From Octopus sinensis (Eukaryota), in the NCBI RefSeq assembly GCF_006345805.1, contig NC_043016.1, positions 21,700,001 to 21,764,000 on the forward strand: a stretch of DNA of 64,000 bases, given 5' to 3'. This document shows, piece after piece, positions 12,495 through 25,717 of the stretch. The position numbers and the translations under genes were made by a program. How positions within the stretch are numbered: position 1 is the stretch's first letter; each line of letters starts with the position of its first letter. Under the pieces are notes generated by a model. The model searched no databases and was not told the DNA's origin. It saw only the letters and a program-made list of their open reading frames with translations.

Positions 12495-12564
12495 GCCAGA
12501 TAACCGAAGAGATAGTGTTGTGGATTTCCACCTCAACATCCGAAACTCAGAGTTTTATCTTGGC
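12495..12564 (+). ncRNA. Type I hammerhead-ribozyme-like motif with a U4C core deviation
   Basis: Helix I GCC-AGATAA/TTATCT-T-GGC, core CCGAAGA, helix II GTGTTG/CAACAT with inner TGG/CCA, GAAA, palindromic helix III ACTC-A-GAGT, triplet GUU. Confidence 0.6.
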
Positions 12565-12627
12565 TTCCAAATAATTGCCACATATTATTTTACAGATATA
12601 TATATATATAAACATATATATACATAC

Positions 12628-12660
<33 letters not shown>

Positions 12661-12928
12661 CATACACACATATATGTATGTATATATTTATATATACATA
12701 CACACATATATGTACGTATATATATATATCTATATATATATACATACACACGTGTATATATATACACATCTATAATATCTATATACATACATATATATAC
12801 ATATTTATATATGCATAAATATATATATATATATACACCACAAACACACACACATATATATACAAACACACATATCTATAAATGTATATATACATACATA
12901 TATTATACATATATATCTATATATGTAT

Positions 12929-13002
<74 letters not shown>

Positions 13003-13049
13003 CTGTAAATGTATATATATATATAATGATTTAAATTGCTTTTGATCTA

Positions 13050-14420
13050 GTTTTAGCTCATGAGCCGTGGCCATTTGGTGTTGCTACATATTACTTCACT
13101 GATACTTTTCAGGAATTGACATTTGGTGCATGAGGGAGTTTGATCTGCACCTCCTGCCGTGAACTTGGCTCATCCGGGACACTTGACAGTAAGCAGTCCA
13201 GTTTCATTTTGAAGACACAGATATCCACCCTAAGCAGGTCTCTCAGGTATTCCAGCAGTATATTGAAGCGCTGGGGTCCTGTGAATGCCAGACGCTTGCA
13301 GTATATTGTCCTATATCTTGACGACAAATTTGGAGTCCTTGCCACTATGCAGTGGCATGCAGTTGTAGTATTTGTGTAACTCTCAATGCCAAACTTTGGG
13401 ACAAGTCCCTCCAGGATCTTCCAGATGTATATTATGGCATATCTTTCTCGCTTACGCTCTAAAGAATAGAGTCTTAATCTCGAGTCTTTCCCAATAGCTT
13501 ATATGCTGCATAGATGCTATCTTCTTCGTGTAGCTGCATTGGATTGCTTCAAGAGATTAATTTGACACTGGTTGGTGACCAAAACTGAGAGTAATAGTCA
13601 AAGTGGCTTAGGACAAGTGTCCTGAAGAGGACCATCATGGCTTCCTGATCTCTTGTTCTAAAAGTTCTAAGAAACCATCCTGTCAGCCGCCTGAATTTCA
13701 TTGCCAATTTAGCAACATGCACGAGGAAGGATGCATCATTACTCATGTAAATACCCCGGTCTCGCACTAACTGTGCCTCTGGGATTGCATTTAGTTTTGC
13801 ATGCTGATAGCACAAGGCTTGAAAATTTTCAGCATTAAATTGCATGCTATTCTTTACAGCCCATTTGTATATTTCATCAAGCTCACATTGCAGGTGCATA
13901 TCTTCAGGGTTTTGTATTACCTGTGAGACTTTTGTATCATCTGCATAACTTGTGATCATGGTTCTGTGTGGCTGAGGACATGTCTGAGAGGGCCATTATG
14001 AACCATAGTGGTCCCAAAATAGTACCTTGCAGAACACCACTCACTATCTGCATGTCATTAGCTACAACCACCTGACTTCTATCCTTCTGAATGTCATAAA
14101 GTCATTATCCCAATTTTCTGACTATGCGGAGATCACACAGTTTAGGACATATAATTCCATGATCGACTTTATCAAAGGCCTTTGAAAAGTCGAGATACAT
14201 CACTTCTACATTTGAGCAGCTGTTTCAGCACCCAAGTGTTATAGGAGAGGAGTCAGGCACCTTCTTCCTGGTTGGAAACTATGTTGGGTGTCAGTCAGAA
14301 GTCATTTTCTTCAAGGAAGGTGATTAGTTTTCTTCTGATTATTCATTACATCACTTTGCTGATAAGCGAGGTCAGAGAGATAGGTCTGTAGTTTTTGGCC
14401 TCTGCTCTGCTACCTCCTTT
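13050..14420 (-). mobile_element. Degenerate CR1-clade LINE (RT to 3' end)
   Basis: YLDFSKAFDKVDH-like segment near 14160-14200; SYADDTK; FRTLVLSHFDYYSQFWSP; LAFTGPQRFNIL. Confidence 0.9.
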
Positions 14421-14503
14421 ATGAATAGGGCAATATATATATAATGCATATCGATATATATATATATATATACATACATACATACACAGAACATGTGTAT
14501 ATT

Positions 14504-14557
<54 letters not shown>

Positions 14558-15193
14558 TAGGTCTGTAGCTTTTGGCCTCTGCTACCTCCTTTCTGAATGG
14601 GGCAATTTATATAAATAATGTATATCGATATATATATACATACACAGAAAATGTGTATATATACACACACACACACACATATATATACACACACATAATG
14701 GCATATATATATATATATATCCGCATAATGTGTGTGTGTGTGTATATATATCTATTCTATATGTGTATATATACATCTCTCTCTCTCTATATATATATAT
14801 TTACACATGTGTATATTATATATTATATATTACATACATGCATATATATTATATATATATATATTATATATATGTAGGTGTCTACATATGTGTGTGTTAT
14901 ACATATATATATATATTACCATGTATATGTAAGTACATACATATATGTCATAAGCAATACATATATATTATCTATATTATTATATGATTGAACTCCATGC
15001 ATCCATTTCCAAGTAAATTTCCCTATTACTTTTTATGTGACTCTCTGTACTCCTCTCTCTTCCATTCCCTAATTCTCTTTATCTCCCCGTTCATTTTTTT
15101 CTGTCATCCTTTCTCTAATTCTTTTCCTCTGCCCTTCACCATTATTATGTCTAAGTATATACATATATGAATTGTGTGTGTGTGTATATATAT

Positions 15194-15253
<60 letters not shown>

Positions 15254-15552
15254 ATATATATATATGTGGTGTGTAAGATTATATATGTATAAGCATATAT
15301 ATATAATAATATTAGGAGTGATTCCAAACTTACAGGGAAAATAGATTTAGGATTAAATCTAATTTCACAGTATAAATATATATACTAAATTATATAAAAA
15401 CCACTATTATATAATATATGTAAAAAATACAAACTGGGACAAGAACGCAAAATATTTAGAAGACGATACAAAAAACACGGATGGGACATTCGAAGCCTTC
15501 AATCTTCAGTCAAGAACCGGATCATCCTTGCAATTTTAGCTGATTATTATAT

Positions 15553-15630
<78 letters not shown>

Positions 15631-15944
15631 CACATACATGTATACGTATATATGTACAGATATATCCTTATATATGTTTCTATATGTATATCTATATATA
15701 TATATTGTGTGTATATATGCATATATATCTAATATACATATGTATTAATATATGTATATATATATTTATACGTACATACATATGTATATATATATATATA
15801 TATACATGTATAAATGCATATCTATATATATATTATTATGTATATATATGCATGGATACGTATACATATATGTATATACATACGAAAATATATAATCTTT
15901 AGTTAAATATATTCAATGAGAATATTATATACTGAATTTATATT

Positions 15945-16677
15945 GAGTACTCTATTGTATCAAAGTATTAATACTATTAAGGTATTTATGTATTTAATAC
16001 AAGCGATTATATATATATTAATATCAGAAAATTCTTCAAAGAGATATATATATGTGTAAAATAATTGTTGTATTAAAAACATAAATATGCATAAGTATAA
16101 ATATATATTGTATATTTATACTCATACATATTTACATATATTTATACTTATACATATTTATATATATTCCTAACCAAGAAAGAATATATGGATTTAAATA
16201 ATATAACAGCAGTAATTTTTATTTAAATTTATATTTCAAATCAAACAAACATCATTTATATTACTTACTCAAATTTTTTTAAATACTATTCGATATGTTA
16301 TACAAATTCAAATTTTATATCTCTGAAGAGCAGAAGAGTTGTCTACAAATGCTTATCAATATAGGATTTCATTATTAATACAGCTCTTTTGTGACACGAT
16401 TGTAAGATACTGTAAATACTTAATTCAAAACTTTTAAACTGTCATATACATTATATAATTATACTCATACATATTTACACATATTTTCTATACATATTTA
16501 TATTTTTAACAGACCAATCATTTTAGATATGTATATATATATCTTTCTGAAGAATTTTCTAATACTGATTTCCTGATATTAACAATAATATATTATAAAA
16601 AAATATCTATATAATCACTCATATTAAATATATAATACTTTAATAGTATTAATACTTTTGATACAATAGAGCACCTC
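15945..16677. mobile_element. AT-rich fold-back/MITE-like element with long imperfect inverted repeats
   Basis: 15945-16053 (GAGTACTCTATTGTATCAAAGTATTAATACTATTAA...) is the approximate reverse complement of 16532-16677 (...TTAATAGTATTAATACTTTTGATACAATAGAGCACCTC). Confidence 0.65.
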
Positions 16678-16772
16678 ATATGTAAATATATGTATAGATA
16701 TGTATGTGTATATATAAATATATATATATATAATATATAGATAAATGTAAATATATATATACATATAATGTG

Positions 16773-16838
<66 letters not shown>

Positions 16839-17179
16839 TAAATGTTAAATATCATATATACATATATGTGTATATATATATATATATATAAATGTAAATA
16901 TATATATACATATATGTGTATATATATACATATATATATACATATATATGTATATATATATATATATACATATATGTATGAATATATATACCTACATATA
17001 TACACATACATGCATATATACATACATATACACACATATTTATATACATACATAGATGCATACACACATACATATACACACATATTTATATACATACATA
17101 GATGCATACACACACAGATATATATATATATACACACACACATGTATATATAAACATATATATGTACATACATATATAT

Positions 17180-18305
17180 GAAGGTTGCCCCCTCATTATT
17201 GAATATGGCCATCGTGTGAGACCCAACTGTTAACGGTGCTGTAATAGAATGTGACTTTAGCCCAGCCAAAGATCTACAATGTCTTGTACAAAATTGGCAG
17301 CTAAAAACTTTTACCAGCAATAGCCAGCTGTAGTTGTAACTAGGTTTCATGTACCTTTGCAAGTCCTTTATGTTCCCCGTTCCATATGCCTGACAAACAT
17401 GATTAGTATGGCGTGTAGCACCACCACCAGCACCATAGTTGTCAATCATCATCCTCGCTTTGTGACTACGAAGATGACTTTTGAGTCCAGCTTTACTGAG
17501 GCAGGGTCTTGCTACAGTCTATAGCTATGCCCTCCCATGTGCAAGGAGAGGTGCTAGCATCTTTTAAGGAAGCCTTCAACAAGTCTTTATACCTCTTTTT
17601 TGGGTTTATGTGGAGGTCATTCTCCTTTAGCTAAACTCCATAAAAGAGTTGTTTTGACATCCTTGAATCCCTGACCAGATGATCACTCCATCTGCACCTT
17701 TACTTCAACACACGAGGTTCTACATTTTCACTCCGAGAGCTTTCCACTATCTCAAGATCACTTATGTGGTCCTCCCACTTAATGCCATAGATCCATCTGA
17801 GACACATTTGATGGAAACATTCCAGTTGTTTAAGATGGTATTGATATGCAACTCATGTCTCGCAAGCATAAAGAAGAGAAGAGAGCACATGTGCCTTGTA
17901 CACCTTTATCATTGTCTTCCTGCATATGTCTCGCTGACTCCAGAGGAGCCTTTCTAGCGTCCCAAAAGTATTACTTGCTTTCCTAATTCTGTATGGAATT
18001 TTATTATCCAAATTGATATATCTATTAACAGTGCTTCCCAGGTAGACATACTGATCAACTACATCAAGTTGTTTACCATACACATAGATATTTGGTTCAC
18101 TATACTACTTACCAGGGGCAGATTGGTACACGACAACAGTTTCCTTGAGTGACTGTTAATCCCAAGGCAGTGCAAGCATCAGAGAATGCATTCAAAATGT
18201 TTTGCATATCAATCTCTGTGTGTGCTACTAGTTCACAATCATCTGCATACAAAAGGTCTCTTTGATACAGATAAATACCTATGTTTTTGCAGCAAACCGC
18301 CTGAT
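17180..18305 (-). mobile_element. Degenerate RTE (BovB-like) LINE 3' part with C-terminal C2H2-like fingers
   Basis: LLYADDCELVAHTEIDMQ; QYVYLGSTV...RIRKASNTFGTL...KVYKAHVLSSLLYACET; [17 protein letters not shown]. Confidence 0.88.
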
Positions 18306-18947
18306 ATTTACACATATATATATATATAATATATATATATATATATACACAACACATACACATATACATACACACATATACGTACATTATATAATAATAA
18401 ATAAAAATTAAATAAATAATAAATAAATAAATAAAAATACAAATATACATACATATATAAATAAATAAATAAATAAATAATAACTACAAATATACATACA
18501 CATATATAATATAAATATATATATACACATAGATATAATATGTATATACATAGATACAAATTTACATACACACACATACATATACAGATATACAGATATG
18601 TACATATATATATGCATACATATGTATATATACATATTTGCATATAAATACACATATACACACATCATATATATATATATATACCATATTAATATATATA
18701 TATATATATATACACACGTATATATATATAAACATATACACATAAATGCATACATAGAGATATACATATATACATGCATATACAAATGTACAAATATAGA
18801 CATACATATACAAATACATATATATACACATATACATACACAGATATATGCATAGATACATAATATACATACACATATATATGCATATGTACATATATAC
18901 ATTATATATATATATACACACACATGTACAGACATTTATACATATAC

Positions 18948-18981
<34 letters not shown>

Positions 18982-20429
18982 ATGTATATATACAAATATA
19001 CATATACCATGCATCCATTTACAAGTTTATCTTAATCTTTTTGATGTGACTCTACCCTATACTGTTCCCTCCCCCTATCATTTTCTCTCATTCTTTCTCT
19101 AATTCCTTTTTTTATCCCCTTCACAGCATTCAATGAGTCTTTCTCTCTTCCTCTCTTTCTCCTTAATGCTCTCTTGTTGCTCACATGTGACCATTGTCCA
19201 TCTTGCTTTTCCTAATGTGATCATCTCTCTTTTCTTTCAGGGCTCTCCTAGAGGCTGGTCATATCCTATCGATCTCACTTTCCTATCTGTTCTTGCGTGA
19301 AAGAATAATATTTCTCCAGTGTTTGCTATTTTATCTTCATGCGTAACGACCCTCCACGTTTGTTTACGTTCGGTTTCCTTGTATGTTTCCAGTCTCCTGT
19401 TTTTGTTTCCAATTTTGAAACTCCATAAATCCCAAAATGGTCAAAATGAGGAGTAGACAGGCAGCCAAATCCTGAGGAAGTGTCGTTCTTGGTGTTACTT
19501 TCCCTATTTTCCATTTCATTCTCTCATAATTTTTTTGCGTATTCAACTCATTTCTTTTCGTGTTTCATGTTGTTAATGGTTTGTTTTATATTTCACGTTT
19601 TTTAGTGCTTGTAACTTCCTGTACCCATATAGATATATATTATATCTATATATATATATATACCTACATACATGTGTATATACATATAAGTATTTAACAT
19701 ATATGTATATAGTATATATATATATGCATATGTACATATATGTATATATACATTATATATGTAATTATATATACATGTATATATACATACATGTATATAT
19801 ACATATATATATATACATTATATATATACATAGATATATATATGTAATATATACATTGTATATATAATATATATATATACATATATATATACATGTATAT
19901 ATACATATATATATAACATATATATATATATGTATATATACATGTATATATACATATATATATATACATGTATATATATGTATATATATATGTATATCAT
20001 TATATATAATATATATAATACATGTATATATAGTATATATATATGTAATATACATGTATATATACATATATATATACATGTATATATACATATATATATA
20101 CATGTTATATACATATATATATACATATGTATATATATATATGTATATATATATATTATGTATATACATATATGTATATATACATATATGATATATACAT
20201 ATATATACATACATATACATAGTATATATATACATATATATACATGTGTATATATATATATATATAACATATGTATATATATGTATATATAAGTATATAT
20301 ACATACACATGTATACACACACATATAAATATATATATATATACATATATATACATATGTGTATATTGTATATATGTATATATATATACCACATACATAT
20401 ATATACATATACATGCATGTATACATAAC

Positions 20430-20462
<33 letters not shown>

Positions 20463-20574
20463 GATACATACATATATATATATACATACATACTATATAT
20501 ACATACATATATATATATACATACATATATATATATACACACACATATGTATATATTATATACATATATACACA

Positions 20575-21075
20575 TGCAGATATACATATATACAAATGTT
20601 GATATACATATATACAAATGTAGATATACATATATACAATGTAGATATACATATAACAAATGTATCTATACATATATACAAATGTAGATATACATATATA
20701 CAAATGTAGATATACATATATACAAATGTAGATATACATATATACAAATGTAGATATACATATATACAAATGTAGATATACATATATACAAATGTAGATA
20801 TACATATATACAAATGTAGATATACATATATACAAATGTAGATATACATATATACAAATGTAGATATACATATATACAAATGTAGATATACATATATACA
20901 AATGTAGATATACATATATACAAATGTAGATATACATATATACAAATGTAGATATACATATATACAAAGTAGATATACATATATACAAATGTAGATATAC
21001 ATATACAAATGTAGATATACATATATACAAATGTAGATATACATATATACAAATGTAGATATACATATATACAAA
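20575..21075. repeat. 22-bp minisatellite (TATACATATATACAAATGTAGA), about 22-23 copies, within a larger (TA/CA) low-complexity tract of about 18310-21850
   Basis: Direct reading of near-identical tandem units. Confidence 0.9.
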
Positions 21076-21163
21076 TGTAGATATACATATATGCATAAAT
21101 ATATAAATATACATACATATATGAATATATATATACATGTATGTATACACATACAAATATACA

Positions 21164-21230
21164 TCTGGGATTCGAGCTCACAGCCTCACGATCGTAATAT
21201 AACGCTCTCATTACTGAGCCATCCATGTGC
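21164..21230 (-). mobile_element. Isolated tRNA-like SINE head
   Basis: TGGCTCAGTAATG (A box) and GAGCTCGAATCCC (B box); the cloverleaf stems do not pair, so it is not a tRNA. Confidence 0.6.
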
Positions 21231-21410
21231 CGTCAAGCATATACATGTATATATACACATATATATACATACATGTGTATATACATATACATACATATAT
21301 AACATATATGCATGATATATATACATACAGATAAACATGTATATATATTTATTTATACATATGTAACCATATATATATATATATATATATATAAAGTAAA
21401 CATGTATATA

Positions 21411-21485
<75 letters not shown>

Positions 21486-22899
21486 TGACATGAATATGCA
21501 CACACGTCAGCATACACATTCACATATATATATGTGGGTATATATATATAATTATATATATATATATATAATATACACAATATAGATATATATATTGATA
21601 TACATCCATTGCCATATGAAAGCATCGACACATCCTGAGGCTCAAATGTATAAAATATACATATGTACATATACATGTGTGTATATTTACTCTCATGTAC
21701 ATAAGTACACACACACACATATATATACACATATACACATATATACACACACACACACACATATATACATACATGTATATATATGCACACACACACACAC
21801 ATATATACACATATGTAGATATACAGATATATACCATATACACAAACATGCTTGTGTGATAGGAAGTTTGCTCGCAAACAAAATGGCTCCAAGTTCAGTC
21901 TCAGTGTATAGCACCTTGGGCCAGTGTCTTCTACTTAGCTCAGGCTGACTGACCAACACCTTATTACTGGATTTGGCAGGCAGAATCTGAAAGAAGCCCA
22001 CCATACATATATGTGCATTTGTGTCATGCCACCAGTTAACAAACTGTATTGGTTTATGTCCCAATATATTAGCATTTTGGCCAAAGAGTTTGATAGAGTA
22101 TATAAAGTCTAAAAAATGAAATAGTAGTGGGAATGATGAATTTGACTAAAAATTCTTCAAGACAGTGTCCGAGTATGGCCACAGATTAGTGATTGAAACA
22201 AGTAAAAGATATATATGTGTACATATATACTTTATATATATACATATATGTATAATATATATATTTTAATTCGTATATATATATATTTTAATACATATAT
22301 ATATGTATAATATATACAAGTGTTATATATCTACATCTACTCACACATACAGAACACAATGTCAGACAAATGAGAAATGAGTGATTAATATTCCATGTAG
22401 TTGATATATTTGTCAAAATTGAAGCTGAGATCTTGTCTCGCAACTTGATCTTCACACCTGTACTTTTCTCAGGGCAATTGCATCAGAAACTCTCCCCCTT
22501 ATTTTTAGTACAGAAAAAAAAATAAAGAAAGAAAGAAAGCTATATCCCATGCAACAGATATTGAACACCTTTCACATTCACCCAACATTAAGCACTGTAT
22601 GCATATATACACAATTACATTGGAACAGGTGCATTTAGAAAATGTAAGAAAAACACTTACACACACAATCTGAATACTTCTATTGTTGTCATTTTTGTGA
22701 CCTTCAAAATTCTGTCTATGTCACATCTTTGTTACTTTTTTCTCCTGTACAATTTCCTATCACTGACATCCTAACAATATTTTACAATTATTTAAATTTT
22801 TTAGTACTGACATGGTCTTATTTTCCTTCACATATGATACCACTTGTACCCAATTTATCTATCTGCCAGTCATATATACCATTTCTTTCATGCATACTA

Positions 22900-24140
22900 A
22901 CATTATACATCCTGGAGATCATGCTTGCTAGAATTCTCCCCAGTATTTGCATATCCTCTCGGCTCTGTCTCCACATGTCCCTAGAATGAGGTATTGCCCT
23001 GATGTCTCTCCTCTCCTTTTGACTATAAATGATCTCTGTAAAGTAAACGATTAACTAGTCCCATAGATTCTTCCAAACATGAAAAAGAATTTTACTACTG
23101 CTCAGACTGGCAAAATCAGGATATCTACAATAAACAAACTCTTTACTTATTAACAGTGAGTCAGTAATCGTAATACACCTAGGGAACCCACAATTCACAT
23201 TGTGTAGCCAAGATGGAATTTCTAACTATCTGTCTCTTGCATATTAATTCCAGCCATTTCCCAGATAGCAGCAGTCCTGTTCTTAATTCTGTTAAGAAAA
23301 CCTCTAGTCTTCAGAGATTATTCTGTGGCCAACAAGGACTAAGTCAATGGTGTATAGGAAATCCCAGGAGCAGCCTTTCTAGAACTTACTCTGAAAGCTG
23401 AGAACAGGGCCTTGGTGAACACCTACCTAAATGCTAAATTCATTAATCATTGGCAATTCTCACTTTACAAACTATATCACTGTATGTGGTTTGTATTGCT
23501 TTCCCAAGCACTTCAGCCTCATCAAGTTTTCTTTAAAACCACCAGACTACAAAAGTACGATACACTGTATCCAGATCAACAAATGCAAGATATGCTTACT
23601 CTTAGCTGAAATGTTTTCTTGTAGTTGTCTCACTATGAAAAGAGCATCAATGACACTATGAATGTATCTTATCTAAATTCTCTTTCTCATCACTTCTACC
23701 AGTACCCTATCCATTACTTTTATAACCAGGTCTATCAGTTAGATACTTCTGTAGCTGCTTCTTTCCAAAGTATTTTTACTTTTGTACCTGTTGATTATAT
23801 AGCTATACCAGTCACTGGATATGACATTGCCTGGTTGTTTATGCAAGTGGCTTTTATGGTATCTAACTATGCCTAATAGATATGCTGTTTTTCTTGCCGA
23901 AATGGCTATTTTAACCATATAACTGTTTACTTCAATAGCCTTACCTCTGGCTATATCTGGGATAATTCTTCTTACATTCTCATGCTTCCTTCTTGTCATC
24001 AGTGAACATAAGTCCATCTCTGCCCTTTCAAAAACACTTTTCACAATTCCATATTGATTTATCCTGACAAACTGCTTTGAAATCCAGAACACCATGTTTC
24101 TGATCATTCTCGTTTTAAATGTCTGCTGATATACACACAC
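22900..24140 (-). mobile_element. Highly degenerate RTE-clade LINE
   Basis: ISSDWYSYIINRYKSK..LERSSYRSI*LIDLVIKVMDRV and IDALFIVRQLQE, homologous to the copy at 6690-7650. Confidence 0.75.
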
Positions 24141-24594
24141 AAACACATATATATTACTTGCTGCCTGCTTCTAAGCTACAGGACATAGTTCTTTGCTTCT
24201 AGTTGTCCCCACCTATTAGAAGGCTTTTAGAACACTTCCAGTTATTCCAATATACCTACTGTGCTATTCCACCACTATTTTACCATATGTTTGGCTAGTG
24301 ACTTGCTCCAACCATAAATGTGGTGTGTAGCTTTCAGCAGGTTGTCATATGTCCTTTGTGATAGGTTTCTATCACCTATTTTTCATCATATACTGCTTCT
24401 GGAAAAGCCTTGAACATATTTAGCAGATGTTTCTCCTGAAATATCTTTTTTCTCTATCTGTTCCTAATATTTTTAGATTTAAGATCTGATCAGAAGGAAG
24501 TGTAGTACCTTAAGACCTATATTTCAAAACCCCAGGGAGTATGGGTGAAAACTATCTGTTAATGGTATTAAAAGGCTATTTCTGCTAAAGACAT

Positions 24595-24778
24595 TTAACC
24601 CTTTAGTATTTAGATTACTCTGTCAAATGTAATGCTTATTTATTCATGTTGCATTATCTCATAGCTTCTAGATTTCAATGGTGTGATAGTTTATATTGCA
24701 GGGTTAGTGTGAGAGGTGGATCTGGTCAGTTTGAACATGAGGTAGCGAGAATACTTGGGCTAGATATGGCTGGGTTAA
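24595..24778. mobile_element. piggyBac-type MITE
   Basis: TTAA-CCCTTT...GGG-TTAA termini (TTAA at 24595-24598 and 24775-24778). Confidence 0.55.
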
Positions 24779-25430
24779 AGCTATGGGATTAAATTAAAGC
24801 CCATCAACTGGTTCCTCTAGCTGTTTCTATGAATTTTCTAGTTGATCAGAAAACCAAACTAATTGTTATTGTATTAGTATGTTAGTGTGCCTGCATATTT
24901 TGCAGCCACATAAACCCTTCACATAAATATGAGACAGAATTAATGTGACAGTGTTTTTGTCATCCAAAGATTATGTTTGAAGACACTTGGCCATAACGTC
25001 ATGCAGGAGGATAAAACCCAAGATCTCATGATCATAAAGTAGACATTTGTTTGTGTACAGGACTTCAGTGTCTCCTTCCATTCCCTCTTGACAGCTCAAG
25101 TACTACTGCTGAGAGTGATTAACATGTTTAAGGACTTCCCAAGTCCATTACAGTAGGCTCCTTCTTTTCTGGTGACAGTATCTGAACTCTGAGGATAGAT
25201 AACTAGATTAAATACCACAAGGTATTCTAGCTAATGCTCTAAAGACTGTGAATTCAATGCAATGCCACACACACATATATATATACAGACATATGTATAC
25301 ATACACACACACATTCATAAATAATATATGCATGCTCATATGCTAATCCATGCATATCATTTATATAAACTTTTAAAAACATACTTTCAAATCCACACGT
25401 AGTAAAAAAAAAGATATTTAAAAAAATTAC

Positions 25431-25717
25431 CGGATATGAAGGACTTGAAGCAATTGGAGACACTGATGACAAAGGTGGAGATGGCGTAGGATTAGTACTT
25501 GTAGGCCCAGTGCTTCGGTTCACATTTGGAACAAATGGAGTTGGCACTATATCCACTCTAGGTCGCACATTCACTGAAGTAGGAGGAGGTGTCGTGCGAG
25601 GTGGTAATGTAGGCATGGATACTCTCTGCATAGGAGTTGCAGGAGAAATCCCATACGGATCAGTATTACTAAGCTGTGCTCCAGGCAACCGCTGACCAGA
25701 ATTTAGTAGAGGTCCAT
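25431..25717 (-). CDS. CREBBP: CBP coding exon 9 (287 nt, Pro/Ser/Thr-rich linker)
   Basis: atttcag|AT GGA; open P/S/T-rich frame; donor CCG|gtaatt, phase 0. Confidence 0.88.

Noticed and set aside
20575-21075. Regular repeat array as a possible CRISPR
   Set aside because: Head-to-tail units with no unique spacers, in a eukaryotic intron.
21164-21230. tRNA gene
   Set aside because: A and B boxes are present but the acceptor and anticodon stems do not pair; it is a SINE head.
5747-21900. Dozens of long ORFs rich in Y/I/C/V/M/H/T, for example 19765-21156 (463 aa)
   Set aside because: They are translations of (TA)n/(CA)n/(TACA)n microsatellites, which lack stops in some frames; they are not proteins.
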